Positions 19,176 to 30,085 of a stretch of 64,000 nucleotides of DNA are shown piece by piece. Made by a program: the position numbers and the translations under genes. This stretch comes from an uncultured virus (IMG/VR IMGVR_UViG_3300020465_000007) (taxonomy: Duplodnaviria; Heunggongvirae; Uroviricota; Caudoviricetes). Where the stretch lies: IMG/VR virus record IMGVR_UViG_3300020465_000007, one strand, 5' to 3'. The stretch's first letter is position 1, and each line of letters starts with the position of its first letter. A model generated the notes under the pieces. The model saw nothing but the letters and a program-made list of their open reading frames with translations, was not told the origin of the DNA and ran no database searches.

Positions 19176-22100
19176 ATGGGTGTAAAAGTAACAGGACAAT
19201 TTGAACCAGCAGGTGCTTTTTCAATAGTAGATGGAAAAGATGTCTCTGGTCATATTACTGGTAGTAATATTAGTGGTTCTGCAACTGGAACTGGTTCATT
19301 TGGTAAATTATTAGGTGATGGTAGTAGTTTAACTGGTATAGCAGGTTATACAGTAGCAAATAGTTCTAATAATAGAATTTTGACTTCCGTAGATTCAATT
19401 AATGCAAATGCTGAAGCCAATTTAACATTTGATGGTTCAACATTAGGAGTTACTGGAGATTTAAATATAGGTAGTGGAGATTTCTTTGTTGATGACAGCA
19501 CAGGCCATATTGGTTTTGGAACGACAAGTCCAAATATAAGTAGTATTACTGGTAGAGCCATGACATTAAATGCACCAGCTGGTGGATATGCTATATTTGA
19601 GTTTGCTGAGAACGGAGCAAGACAAGGTAATATAAATCACTACGGTGATGACTTGACAATATACAATAATGTTAATGGTAAATTAGAATTAGGAACTAAT
19701 AATTCAATACGATTATCAATAGCTGCTGGTGGTGATGTTACATTAACTCATGATTTAGCTGCTGCAAATTTAAGTGTTGCTGGAAACATAACCCATACAG
19801 ATAATGCCACTACTAAGATAGCATTTGATACTAATGAAGTTCAAATGTTTTCTAATAATAACGAAAGACTAAAGGTTGCTGATGGTGTGGTGAATGTTAT
19901 TGCTATGTTAAGTGGTAGTGGTGAGGCAGAGTTTAGACAAAATTTATTAGTGGATGGTAATATAACTGGTAGTAGTAACTTAAAAATAGCTGGAAACATA
20001 AGTGGTTCTTCAACTTCAACTGGTTCATTTGCTCATGTTCATATACCAGATGGTACTTCTGGACTTGGCATTGGAAATGATAGTGATTTATTATTATATC
20101 ATAATGGAAATCATAGTTACATAAAAGATAATGGAACAGGAAACCTATATGTTCAAGGTGGTACTCAAACATTTCAAAATGCGGCCGCTAATAAAACAAT
20201 GATGGTATTAAATGCTGCTAATTCAGTAGATTTACATTATAATAATAGTAAGAAATTTGAAACTACAAATACTGGTGTAAGTGTAACTGGTGGAATGGTA
20301 GTATCAGGTGATTCTATTTTTCAAGGTTCATTAACTGCTAAAGAATTAATAGTTAGTTCCTCTGTTTTAAATGTTACACAAAGTTTTTCAAGTGGTTCAA
20401 CCATATTTGGTAATTCAACGGATGATACTCATTTATTTACTGGTTCTGTAAATATAACTGGTAGTGCAACTGCTACTTCATTTATAGGTGATGGTTCACA
20501 ATTAACAGGTTTAACACCAGCATCTATTACTACATATAATAGTGCAGCTGATAATAGAATTATAACCTCGGTAAATTCAACAACCGTACAAGGTGAATCA
20601 AATTTAACATTTGATGGTTCAACATTGGTAGTTAATGGTGCTATTGATTTGAGTGGTGATATAGATGTAGACGGTACATTAGAGGCCGATGCAATTACCG
20701 TCAATGGATCAACATTATCAAGTGTTATTCAAGGAACTACTGTTAATTTGGCATCAAAAGTCACTATAAATAATGATACTACTTCTAATCTTGCTTGGCC
20801 AGTTGTATTTCATATAAGAACTGGTGGAATAGGTACTGAAAATGCACTTGGAGATGATACTGGAGTACTTACATATACACCAGGATTTCAAACATTAACA
20901 GTTCCAAAAATAGCTGCAAATCTAACAGGTGCTGTTACTGCTGATAATAATTTTACCGTAACTGGTCAAACTGGTTCATTTTCAAACACACTTGAAGTAA
21001 AGAAATATAGAACTGTTACTAATAGTACATCAAATTTCGGTGATATTGCTAATTTTGCAAATGGTGCTGATGCCATCGCATCAATAGAATCTTGGAATGC
21101 TCACAATGCTTCAAACGCTGTAGCGAGATTATCATTAAAAAGTAGTCGTTCTAATAATGATACTCATTATCACATAGCGAGAGGTAGTTATAGGTCATAC
21201 ACATCCAATGGTAATCCAGCTCTTGAACTTGTAGTAGGAACTGCACTTGGGTATAATATTACACATGGTACATCTCCAAGATTAACTATGGATACAAGTG
21301 GTAATATTGATATACATCAAAATTTAGAAGTATTGGGAAACATAAGTGGTTCATCAACCTCAACAGGTTCGTTTGGAAAACTATTAGGTGATGGTAGTAG
21401 TTTAACTGGATTATCAAGTTTTACTGTAGCAAATAGTTCTAATAATAGAATTTTGACTTCCGTAGATTCTTCAAATGGTAATGCTGAAGCAAATTTAACA
21501 TTTGATGGTTCTACATTAGGAGTTACTGGTGCGATAACTTCAACCACAACTGGTTCATTTAGTAGAGTAGAAATAGGTGGTGGTGGTAGTAAAGCTGGTT
21601 GGGATACAAAACTTTGGTTAAAGGGAACAACAAGTGCCGCTACAACACTACATATAGAAAGTACTAATATTAGTGCAGTATCTGCACTTAGATTTGAAAC
21701 TAACGGTAATGATTGGTATTGGGCTGCTGGTGGTTCTTCACAAGGATATTATCCAAATAAAATGTATCTTTATAATGAATCAACTGGAATTGCCCCAATA
21801 ACTTTTACAAATGATGGTAAAGTAGGTATAGGAAATAACAATAGAAGTCCATCATATCAGTTAGATAATAATGGTACATTTAGAACTGCTGGTAAGGCAT
21901 ATTTTGAAAATTTTGTTTCAATAACTCCAAATTGGGGTAGATTTGGTGTTGGTATGGATGGATTTAATGATCCACAATACACAATACATGCAAAAATACC
22001 TAATGGTGTAGGTGGTAATACTGTCAGTAGTGCTAATCTAATGAATAACAATACTATGGGTATAGTTGTAGAAAATGCTAACAATGCTGCAAATACTGGT

Positions 22101-23684
22101 ATGAAACTTGGATTTAGAAGTACTGGAACTTATACTGGTGATACTTTTATATGGCATGAAAATACTGGAACTGATGGTCAAGGTAGAATGGCATTTTGGA
22201 CAGAAACAGGTGGTACTGCTTATGAGAGAATGAGAATTGATCATAATGGTAATATCGGCATCGGCACCTCATCACCAAATACACCACTTCATACATATCA
22301 AGCAACAGCTGGTAGTAAAGTTGCAGTATTTCAAACTGCTGCAAGTGGTCATACACAAGGTATTACAATTGGTAGTGGTACTAATGGTAGTAATGGGAAA
22401 GGACTTCATGTAGGTTATGGTCAGGGAATTAATAGCGGATACCTTGATGCTTACGATTGGGATGGTGGTGCTTATCAAAAACTTAAAATAAATGACTATT
22501 TTACTTTTAATGCACAATCTGGATTTGGTATTAACCAAGCAACTCCAGCTTATAAATTAGATGTAACTGGAGATGGTAGATTTACTACTAATTTACTAGT
22601 AAACGGAAACATAAGTGGTTCATCATCTTCAACTGGTTCGTTTAGTAGTTTAAGAGTTGATAGTTTTGATTTTGTAGGTACACATGCAAATCAAGATAGT
22701 ACAATTGTTCTTGGAAATGGTGCTGGTGCTAATTTAGCTGCCACAGCTACTTATGATAGTAATAATGGTATTATAATTGGAACTAATGCCGCTGCTACCT
22801 TACAAAGAACTCATGGTTCTATTATAATAGGGTATGGTCCATTAAGTGAATATAGTGGTGGTACTGGTACATTTAATCGTAGTGTTGTAATTGGATATGA
22901 GGCAGGTAAAAAAGTTTCCAATGGTAGTGATAATGTATATATAGGTAGTCTTGTAGCTTCTGTTGGAACTGCAGCCGTACTTCGTAATGTAGCTATTGGT
23001 TCAGAAGCTTTACAAAAGGCCGCCTCATCATATAATACTGCTGTAGGTATGAGTGCAGGTAAGAATGCTACTGGAGATGGTGGTACATATTTTGGTGCTT
23101 TTTCAGGTAATGCTGGTGGAGGTGCTAGAAATACCTCAATTGGATATAGTGCGGGAACTAATATTAGTAGTAATACTTCTAATGAATCTGTATTTGTTGG
23201 TTATATGGCTGGACAATATGATTCAGCAGGTTCAAATTTAACACATACTGCACATTCTGTAATCTTAGGTCATGATGCACGACCAGTTGCTAATCAAAAT
23301 AATCAAATTTTAGTAGGTGCGGATGTAGTTGGAACAGGAGCTAATCACACCGTAATAGGTAATTCATCTCAAACTCAAGTTACATTTGGTGGAAATGCTT
23401 TAATAAGTGGTTCTGTTGCTTCAACTGGTTCGTTTGGAAGAATTGAAACCGCTGGAAACCTTGTACCTAAAGTGCATAACACATCAAACTTAGGTTCAGA
23501 ATCAAATAGATGGGCTAACATATATTCTGCTGACCTTCAATTAAGTAATATGGATAATGATATAGGAAATGAAATTGATGGCACAAAAGGTTCCTGGACC
23601 ATACAGGAAGGTAGCGATGACTTATATTTATTGAATAGAAAGAATGGAAAAAAATACAAGTTTAAACTTGAGGAGATAACTTAA
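19176..23684 (+). CDS. Long tail fibre/adhesin protein (1502 aa)
   Basis: GxxGIG and ISGSSTSTGSF repeats; N.AIG/NTAVG beta-roll-type repeats near the C-terminus; terminal RWANIYSADLQLSN...WTIQEG..DLYLLN domain recalled from phage fibres. Confidence 0.82.
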   Translation: MGVKVTGQFEPAGAFSIVDGKDVSGHITGSNISGSATGTGSFGKLLGDGSSLTGIAGYTVANSSNNRILTSVDSINANAEANLTFDGSTLGVTGDLNIGSGDFFVDDSTGHIGFGTTSPNISSITGRAMTLNAPAGGYAIFEFAENGARQGNINHYGDDLTIYNNVNGKLELGTNNSIRLSIAAGGDVTLTHDLAAANLSVAGNITHTDNATTKIAFDTNEVQMFSNNNERLKVADGVVNVIAMLSGSGEAEFRQNLLVDGNITGSSNLKIAGNISGSSTSTGSFAHVHIPDGTSGLGIGNDSDLLLYHNGNHSYIKDNGTGNLYVQGGTQTFQNAAANKTMMVLNAANSVDLHYNNSKKFETTNTGVSVTGGMVVSGDSIFQGSLTAKELIVSSSVLNVTQSFSSGSTIFGNSTDDTHLFTGSVNITGSATATSFIGDGSQLTGLTPASITTYNSAADNRIITSVNSTTVQGESNLTFDGSTLVVNGAIDLSGDIDVDGTLEADAITVNGSTLSSVIQGTTVNLASKVTINNDTTSNLAWPVVFHIRTGGIGTENALGDDTGVLTYTPGFQTLTVPKIAANLTGAVTADNNFTVTGQTGSFSNTLEVKKYRTVTNSTSNFGDIANFANGADAIASIESWNAHNASNAVARLSLKSSRSNNDTHYHIARGSYRSYTSNGNPALELVVGTALGYNITHGTSPRLTMDTSGNIDIHQNLEVLGNISGSSTSTGSFGKLLGDGSSLTGLSSFTVANSSNNRILTSVDSSNGNAEANLTFDGSTLGVTGAITSTTTGSFSRVEIGGGGSKAGWDTKLWLKGTTSAATTLHIESTNISAVSALRFETNGNDWYWAAGGSSQGYYPNKMYLYNESTGIAPITFTNDGKVGIGNNNRSPSYQLDNNGTFRTAGKAYFENFVSITPNWGRFGVGMDGFNDPQYTIHAKIPNGVGGNTVSSANLMNNNTMGIVVENANNAANTGMKLGFRSTGTYTGDTFIWHENTGTDGQGRMAFWTETGGTAYERMRIDHNGNIGIGTSSPNTPLHTYQATAGSKVAVFQTAASGHTQGITIGSGTNGSNGKGLHVGYGQGINSGYLDAYDWDGGAYQKLKINDYFTFNAQSGFGINQATPAYKLDVTGDGRFTTNLLVNGNISGSSSSTGSFSSLRVDSFDFVGTHANQDSTIVLGNGAGANLAATATYDSNNGIIIGTNAAATLQRTHGSIIIGYGPLSEYSGGTGTFNRSVVIGYEAGKKVSNGSDNVYIGSLVASVGTAAVLRNVAIGSEALQKAASSYNTAVGMSAGKNATGDGGTYFGAFSGNAGGGARNTSIGYSAGTNISSNTSNESVFVGYMAGQYDSAGSNLTHTAHSVILGHDARPVANQNNQILVGADVVGTGANHTVIGNSSQTQVTFGGNALISGSVASTGSFGRIETAGNLVPKVHNTSNLGSESNRWANIYSADLQLSNMDNDIGNEIDGTKGSWTIQEGSDDLYLLNRKNGKKYKFKLEEIT
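19293..21529 (+). repeat. Intragenic ~164-nt direct repeat (19293-19456 and 21366-21529)
   Basis: Includes a 44-nt identical stretch GTAGCAAATAGTTCTAATAATAGAATTTTGACTTCCGTAGATTC at 19353 and 21426. Confidence 0.9.
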
Positions 23685-25248
23685 TGGCAATTCACGCAGC
23701 GGGTGGAGTTACAGGTTCCGCCACTTCAACTGGATCCTTTGGTAATATTGATATTACTGGTGATGCGATAATTCACGGCACACTTACTGCTCGTGAGATG
23801 GCGATTAGTTCATCTGTTACTAATGTTACTACTTTAGCTATAAGTGGTTCTTCAAAATTTGGTGATAGTATTGATGATAAACATCAAATGACTGGTTCTT
23901 TGTTGGTAACTGGTTCAATGGGTATAAATCAAACATCTCCAGCAGCTCTAATTCATGTAAAGGCAAAAACAACTTCTGATGATGCAGGAATAACCTGGTC
24001 ATCAGCACATCCTTATAATTGGTCAATAGGTTTAGACGCTGGAGCTGGTCATTATTTTAAAATAACAAATTCAGATACACCAGGTGGTGGAACTGATTAT
24101 ATGAGTTTTGGTGGTCAAAGTGTTACTTTCCCAAGTGGAGTAACTCAAATTAATATGTTGGCCGACAATATTTATATCGGTAATGCAATTAGACATTATG
24201 GCGAGGCAGATGTTTCAATAGAAATGACATCAAATCAAATAGAATTTCAAGCTGATGATCAATCTATGATACTTACCCCAAATCATTTAAGTGGTTCATC
24301 TACCAATCCTAAAGGTTTTAGTGGTTCATTTAATCATGTAATTGTTGCTAATAAAATAACAGGTTCAGCAATTTCAACTGGTTCGTTTGGTAAATTATTG
24401 GGTGATGGTAGTAGTTTAACTGGTATATCAACATCACCATTTCCATTCACAGGTTCTGCTAATATTAGTGGAAGTTTAAATGTAAAACATCAAGGTAGAG
24501 AATTATTTAACATACAAGATAATTTCAATAGTGCAAATAGTGGTTCAGACCAAATATTATTTTCTATAAATAATATTGCAGGTGCACCAGTTTTACAAGC
24601 AGAAGCTTCAAGAAGTAGAGTATTAATAGGTGGTGTAAGTGGTTTAGAAACATTCTTCAAACCAAACGGTGATTATGTAGTACAAAGTAGTAGTCCTACT
24701 TCTGCATCTTTTGAAGATATAGTTTTAAATGGTACTAATATACATAGTGTATTTGTCAATGAGGGTGATATTGTGGGATTTCCATTTACAGCTTCACATG
24801 CTGGTGGTCCTGCTAAGGCTGGTATTCAAGGACCAGTAGAAATTTCAGGTAGTATACTCATTGAAACTGATTCAGCCAATAGTGGTTCAAGTTTATTTAG
24901 AGTAAAGGGTAATCATGGTAATTTATTAGAAGCAATTGATGATAAAAACATTGGATTATTTAGAGTTCCAAACCTTATTGGTTTTGATGCATTACATATT
25001 GATAAGAATTCCAATATTACATTTGATAATGGTGTAAATCCACAAGTAATAAGTGGTTCACTATATTCAACTGGTTCATTTGGTAGAGTGGTAGCCACTA
25101 AATTAGTAGGTGATGGTAGTGGAATTACAGGACTTACTTCAGCAGCTATTTCTACATATAATAGTGCCGCAGATAATAGAATTATAACTTCCGTTAACTC
25201 TACAACGGTACAAGGTGAATCAAATTTAACCTTTGATGGAACAACATT
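20524..25248 (+). repeat. ~100-nt repeat shared between two fibre genes (20524-20626 and 25146-25248)
   Basis: Both encode TYNSAADNRIITSVNSTTVQGESNLTFDG with mostly synonymous differences. Confidence 0.85.
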
Positions 25249-28200
25249 AGGTGTAACTGGAAATATACAAGCTACTAAAATAGGTTTAGGTCACTCTAAT
25301 ACATCAAATAGTGCAGCTGCCACTATATTAAATAAACAGTTAGAATTTTTACAATCAAGTGGCAATGATGGAAATACTGGTATTATTTTTAGTGAAGCAA
25401 GTCTTGGTGATAATTCATTTACTATCCAACACAATGGTGCACCAGCTGGAAGATTAAATTCATTAAAATTTAAGGTATATGGTGGAAGTACAGCCATGGA
25501 GTTATTTAGAGATAAAGCCTTAGTAATTAGTGGTAATATAACTGGTAGTAATTATAGTGGTTCAGCAACCTCAACTGGTTCGTTTGGCATGGTAGATGGT
25601 AGTGGTGGAGTAACAAGTGTATTCGGACCAGAAGTTGGAGTAAACTTATCGGCTGCAAATGTTGGAACAGGATTATCAGGTGGTAACACTAGTAATACTG
25701 GTCTTGTCCAAATATACGGTTCAGCTAATGCACAATTAAGACTCCAAGTTGCGGGTACATATCAAGGTGGAATGTACTATAATAGTAGTACAGCAATTGC
25801 AACATTTTTTAACGGTGCTATAGAACCAAATACTGGTGTTGGTGGTTTTAACTGGAGATCTGGTGGTGGTGCCACAGATTCAGGCGGTACGGAGTATATG
25901 AGATTGTGGGGTGGTAGACTTGGTATCATGAATAGTCATCCACCAAAAACCTTAACCGTTGGTGGTGATATAAGTGGTAGTGGTGCTCTTGAGATTGTAG
26001 GAAATATAACAGGTAGTGGAAATTTCAAAATAGCTGGAAACATAAGTGGTTCATCAACTTCAACTGGTTCATTTGGTAGAATAGAATCTACAAATGCAGA
26101 ATTTACTCATGGAAATGGTTTAACATTAACAAATAGCTCACAATTAAATTACATAAAGTTTAAGGATTCAACCGATAGAGCTCATTTAGGATTTTCTCAT
26201 GGTTCTAATGATGAATTTAATATTTGGATGCAAGAAAACGGTGCTATGAGATTTGCTACAAACAATACTCAAAGGATGGCAATAACTGCAACTGGCAATG
26301 TCGGCATCGGACACTCATCAGCACCAAACAATAGTGCAAAATTAGGAGTTGCTGGAAACATTAATGTAGGAAACGGACAAGCCTCATCAATAGTATATTT
26401 TGAAAATTCTGGTACAGATATGTACATTGAGGGAAATGCTAATAAATTAAATATCGGTAGTGTAGGTAATACACAAGCTGTAACATTTCCAGCAGGTGGT
26501 GGTATGCAAATGGATGCTGGAAATGTTAGTGGTTCAGCAACATCAACTGGTTCGTTTGGTAGGGTAACAGTTCCAACTGCTAAAAATGGTGTCAATATAG
26601 GTGCGATTCCTTCAAATTGGACATCTGAATTAAATATATTAGGTACACAATCCACAACTGGTATTAAAATTCAAGCACCATCAAGTGGAAATGCGCAAAT
26701 AAAAATGTATTCTAATGCTGGTGGTTCAAATAATGATTTTTGGTTCATACAAGCTACTAATGGTGGAACATTTGATATAGTAAATTACGGACCTGGTAGT
26801 TTTACCAATATGGTTTCAATTGCTGCGAATACAGGTAATACGACAATTAAGGGTAATCTAGAAGTTCAAGGAAGCTTGACTGCTAAAGAATTGATAGTAT
26901 CATCTTCTGTAACCAACATGGTTATTGCTGAAAAAAGTGGTTCAACAATATTTGGTGATGATATAGCTGATAAACATCAATTTACAGGTTCTTTAAATAC
27001 AAGTGGTTCTGCTAATGTATTAGGTCACTTACAATTGGGTGGAAATACAGAACCAACAGGTTTAACTGGTGAATATTTTTATAATTTACTTTCTTTAAAA
27101 AATGCATCTAATGCAGGAATGACATTTGAAAGACTCGGTAGTTCTCCAAAGAAAATACAAATTGGATTACATTCAAGTGGAGATTTTAGAATTGTTGATA
27201 CACAAGGGACAGATGCAATAAGATTTGCTATAAAAGATGGTGGCAATGTCGGCATCGGAACAGATAATCCTTCATCAACATTGCATGTTCTTGGTTCATC
27301 TTCAAGTGGAGTATCAACACCATTTAAGATTGTAGGGGGAACGAGTACATCAGCAGGTGGACTTAAATTTGGAGCATATAATGGTTCATTTGGTGGTATA
27401 TGGAGTGGAGAGATTGCTACTCCTGCAACTAGCAATTATGCTTTAGTTGCTAATTCTACAAGAACAGCATTAAATGCTGTTACGGATATTGCATTTTATA
27501 TTGGTGATTCTGGTAATAATTTTTATATGAATAGTAGTGGTATTGGCATTGGAAATACAAATCCAAGTACAAAACTTCAGGTAACGGGTACAGTAACCGC
27601 TACCGCTTTTGCAGGTGATGGTAGTAGTTTAACTAATTTACCTGCTTCACCAGCATTTCCATTTACAGGTTCCGCGGGTTTAAGTGGTAGTATAGCTATC
27701 AAAGATTTAACTGCTGCTACTGGTTCTACCATGTTATCTGTACAAGGTTCAGAAGGTACATTATTCAGCGTAGTTAATAGTATGACAGGTTCAATATTCT
27801 CAGCCAATACCGTTGCTGGTATTCCTGTAATAGAAGCTTTCAGTAATGGGGATGTTCATATAGGTCCTTCAGGTTCTTCATTTGCAAAATTATATTATAA
27901 TGGTCATTTACAATCATCTGGTAGTAGTGGTGGTGGTGGTGGAAGTGGAACTGGATTTCCATTTACAGGTTCTGCTGGATTGAGTGGTAGTTTAGAAGTA
28001 AAACATTTAACAGTAGCAACTGGTTCAACATTGTTATCCGTACTAGGTTCAGAAGGAAATTTATTTAGTGTAGTGAATAGTATGACAGGAAGTATATTTA
28101 GTGCAAATACAACTGCTGGAATTCCTGTAATAGAAGCTTTTAGTGATGGTGATGTTACATTTGGACCATTAACTTCTAAAATAAGTGGTTCATCAACCTC

Positions 28201-30085
28201 AACGGGTTCGTTTGGTGATTTAATTGTCGCTGGTAATACAATAACACTTGGTTCACAAGCGGATTCATTTATTTTCTTAGATGGTAGTGGTGGAAACACA
28301 TACTTTCATTATAATCACAATGATATAATTGATGTTTATACTGGCGGCGACATCGCTATGAGAATAAAAGATGATGATGTGGAGTTTAATGGTGGTATTA
28401 ATGTTGACAATGATATAATATCTACGGGTGCTAATAAAGTCATAAGTGGTTCATCAACTTCAACTGGTTCGTTTGGTAATGTAAAAGCACTATCAGAATA
28501 TAGTATGGAAGTTGCTGAATACATTACTCATTTTGAGGATGCAGATACTCACATTCGTTTTCAAAATAACAATCTTGATTTAACCGCAGGTGGTAATATG
28601 GTTAGATTAAATACTACAGGTTTAGGCATCGGGACCACATCTCCTTCAAATAAATTAACCGTAGAAGATGTTATTGGAATTAAAAGAAGTGGTGTTGCAG
28701 CTATAACTACCTTACAGATGACAGGTGCTGGATTGACTGTAAATGGAGCAAGTGGTTATCATGCTTTAATTATACAAGGAAATGGAACAGAATTTGTTAG
28801 AGTTAAAAGTGATGGCAAAGTCGGCATCGGAACTGCAACTCCGATGGCTATGTTAGATATTCGTGGAGTAAATTCTATAGGTCCATCTAATGGAAACGGT
28901 GGAAATCATACAGTACAAATTAATGATGAAACTACTGGTGGTGGTGCAGGTGTAGGTGGTGGAATAGGATTTGGTGGAATATTCCATGCAACAAATAATA
29001 CTTATAATACTATATTTTCAGAAATTAGAGGAATTAAAGAAAATGCTACTTCAAATAATTATGCAAGTGCTCTAACACTTCATACACGCGCTAATGGTGG
29101 TAATATTACTGAAAGATTGCGTATAGACAGTAATGGTAAAGTCGGCATCGGGACTAATAACCCATCTCAAAAACTTCATCTTCATGGTGGCCATATGTAT
29201 ATGCAAACTGGTTATGGAATAACTTGGAATAATGGTGATGCAAGTATTAATGCTAGAAGTGGTTATAATATTGCATTCAATACATATAATGGTTCAAATA
29301 ATACTGAAAAAATGGTCATACAGGGTAATGGTAATGTCGGCATCGGAGTCGCAAGTCCTGTAGATAAACTTCATGTTATTGGTAATATAAGAGCAACTGG
29401 TGATATAATTGCACAGAATTACATTGTAAGTTCATCAGTAACTCACATGACACAATCATTTAGTAGTGGTTCAACTATCTTTGGTGATACTTTAACCGAT
29501 ACACATAAATTTACTGGTTCATTAGATATTGTGATGAGTGGTTCAGATGCATTAACCATTGAGGGTAATACAGGACCATTATTTTCAGTTAGTGATGATG
29601 CAAGTGGTTCATTATTTACCGTAACAGATACCGCTGGCGTTCCTGCATTTGATATTGATAATCAATATAATATCACAATGGGTAATCCAGCAGAACCATT
29701 ACTGATTACAAAGGATAGTAGTGGAAATACAATAATAAGTGGTTCATCAACCTCAACTGCTAAGTTTGGTCAGTTTACAGAGGCCTCATCAATAGCATTT
29801 AAGACTAATGTTGAAACATTACAAAATCCATTGGATAAGATTTCACAATTAAGGGGTGTTACTTATAATTTAAAATCAAATAATGAACCAAGTATTGGTA
29901 TGATTGCTGAAGAGGTCAATGAGGTATTCCCAGAGTTGGTGGATAGAGATGATAGTGGCAACCCACAAGCAATGTCTTATACAAGAATGACAGCAGTATT
30001 GTTGGAAGCTGTTAAGGAATTAACAGAAGAAGTGAAAGAACTTAAAAAATCTAATATTTATAATAAATACAAGGATAAAGAATAA
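23684..30085 (+). CDS. Long tail fibre protein (2133 aa) with C-terminal S74-type intramolecular chaperone
   Basis: GNVGIG modules; C-terminal SSIAFKTNVE.L...LDKI.QLRGV.Y...IGMIAEEV..VFPELV...coiled coil. Confidence 0.85.
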   Translation: MAIHAAGGVTGSATSTGSFGNIDITGDAIIHGTLTAREMAISSSVTNVTTLAISGSSKFGDSIDDKHQMTGSLLVTGSMGINQTSPAALIHVKAKTTSDDAGITWSSAHPYNWSIGLDAGAGHYFKITNSDTPGGGTDYMSFGGQSVTFPSGVTQINMLADNIYIGNAIRHYGEADVSIEMTSNQIEFQADDQSMILTPNHLSGSSTNPKGFSGSFNHVIVANKITGSAISTGSFGKLLGDGSSLTGISTSPFPFTGSANISGSLNVKHQGRELFNIQDNFNSANSGSDQILFSINNIAGAPVLQAEASRSRVLIGGVSGLETFFKPNGDYVVQSSSPTSASFEDIVLNGTNIHSVFVNEGDIVGFPFTASHAGGPAKAGIQGPVEISGSILIETDSANSGSSLFRVKGNHGNLLEAIDDKNIGLFRVPNLIGFDALHIDKNSNITFDNGVNPQVISGSLYSTGSFGRVVATKLVGDGSGITGLTSAAISTYNSAADNRIITSVNSTTVQGESNLTFDGTTLGVTGNIQATKIGLGHSNTSNSAAATILNKQLEFLQSSGNDGNTGIIFSEASLGDNSFTIQHNGAPAGRLNSLKFKVYGGSTAMELFRDKALVISGNITGSNYSGSATSTGSFGMVDGSGGVTSVFGPEVGVNLSAANVGTGLSGGNTSNTGLVQIYGSANAQLRLQVAGTYQGGMYYNSSTAIATFFNGAIEPNTGVGGFNWRSGGGATDSGGTEYMRLWGGRLGIMNSHPPKTLTVGGDISGSGALEIVGNITGSGNFKIAGNISGSSTSTGSFGRIESTNAEFTHGNGLTLTNSSQLNYIKFKDSTDRAHLGFSHGSNDEFNIWMQENGAMRFATNNTQRMAITATGNVGIGHSSAPNNSAKLGVAGNINVGNGQASSIVYFENSGTDMYIEGNANKLNIGSVGNTQAVTFPAGGGMQMDAGNVSGSATSTGSFGRVTVPTAKNGVNIGAIPSNWTSELNILGTQSTTGIKIQAPSSGNAQIKMYSNAGGSNNDFWFIQATNGGTFDIVNYGPGSFTNMVSIAANTGNTTIKGNLEVQGSLTAKELIVSSSVTNMVIAEKSGSTIFGDDIADKHQFTGSLNTSGSANVLGHLQLGGNTEPTGLTGEYFYNLLSLKNASNAGMTFERLGSSPKKIQIGLHSSGDFRIVDTQGTDAIRFAIKDGGNVGIGTDNPSSTLHVLGSSSSGVSTPFKIVGGTSTSAGGLKFGAYNGSFGGIWSGEIATPATSNYALVANSTRTALNAVTDIAFYIGDSGNNFYMNSSGIGIGNTNPSTKLQVTGTVTATAFAGDGSSLTNLPASPAFPFTGSAGLSGSIAIKDLTAATGSTMLSVQGSEGTLFSVVNSMTGSIFSANTVAGIPVIEAFSNGDVHIGPSGSSFAKLYYNGHLQSSGSSGGGGGSGTGFPFTGSAGLSGSLEVKHLTVATGSTLLSVLGSEGNLFSVVNSMTGSIFSANTTAGIPVIEAFSDGDVTFGPLTSKISGSSTSTGSFGDLIVAGNTITLGSQADSFIFLDGSGGNTYFHYNHNDIIDVYTGGDIAMRIKDDDVEFNGGINVDNDIISTGANKVISGSSTSTGSFGNVKALSEYSMEVAEYITHFEDADTHIRFQNNNLDLTAGGNMVRLNTTGLGIGTTSPSNKLTVEDVIGIKRSGVAAITTLQMTGAGLTVNGASGYHALIIQGNGTEFVRVKSDGKVGIGTATPMAMLDIRGVNSIGPSNGNGGNHTVQINDETTGGGAGVGGGIGFGGIFHATNNTYNTIFSEIRGIKENATSNNYASALTLHTRANGGNITERLRIDSNGKVGIGTNNPSQKLHLHGGHMYMQTGYGITWNNGDASINARSGYNIAFNTYNGSNNTEKMVIQGNGNVGIGVASPVDKLHVIGNIRATGDIIAQNYIVSSSVTHMTQSFSSGSTIFGDTLTDTHKFTGSLDIVMSGSDALTIEGNTGPLFSVSDDASGSLFTVTDTAGVPAFDIDNQYNITMGNPAEPLLITKDSSGNTIISGSSTSTAKFGQFTEASSIAFKTNVETLQNPLDKISQLRGVTYNLKSNNEPSIGMIAEEVNEVFPELVDRDDSGNPQAMSYTRMTAVLLEAVKELTEEVKELKKSNIYNKYKDKE
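27655..28156 (+). repeat. Tandem ~200-nt duplication with 300-nt period
   Basis: FPFTGSAGLSGS...GSEG.LFSVVNSMTGSIFSANT.AGIPVIEAFS.GDV is encoded twice (27655, 27955). Confidence 0.9.
30054..30061 (+). promoter_or_regulatory. ATATTTAT putative late-promoter motif inside the 3' end of ORF 23684
   Basis: 23 nt before ATG 30085, followed by AAGGA. Confidence 0.35.

Noticed and set aside
19293..21529. Repeat pair as a DGR template/variable region
   Set aside because: Both copies are coding, mismatches are not confined to adenines of one copy, and no reverse transcriptase is in the window.
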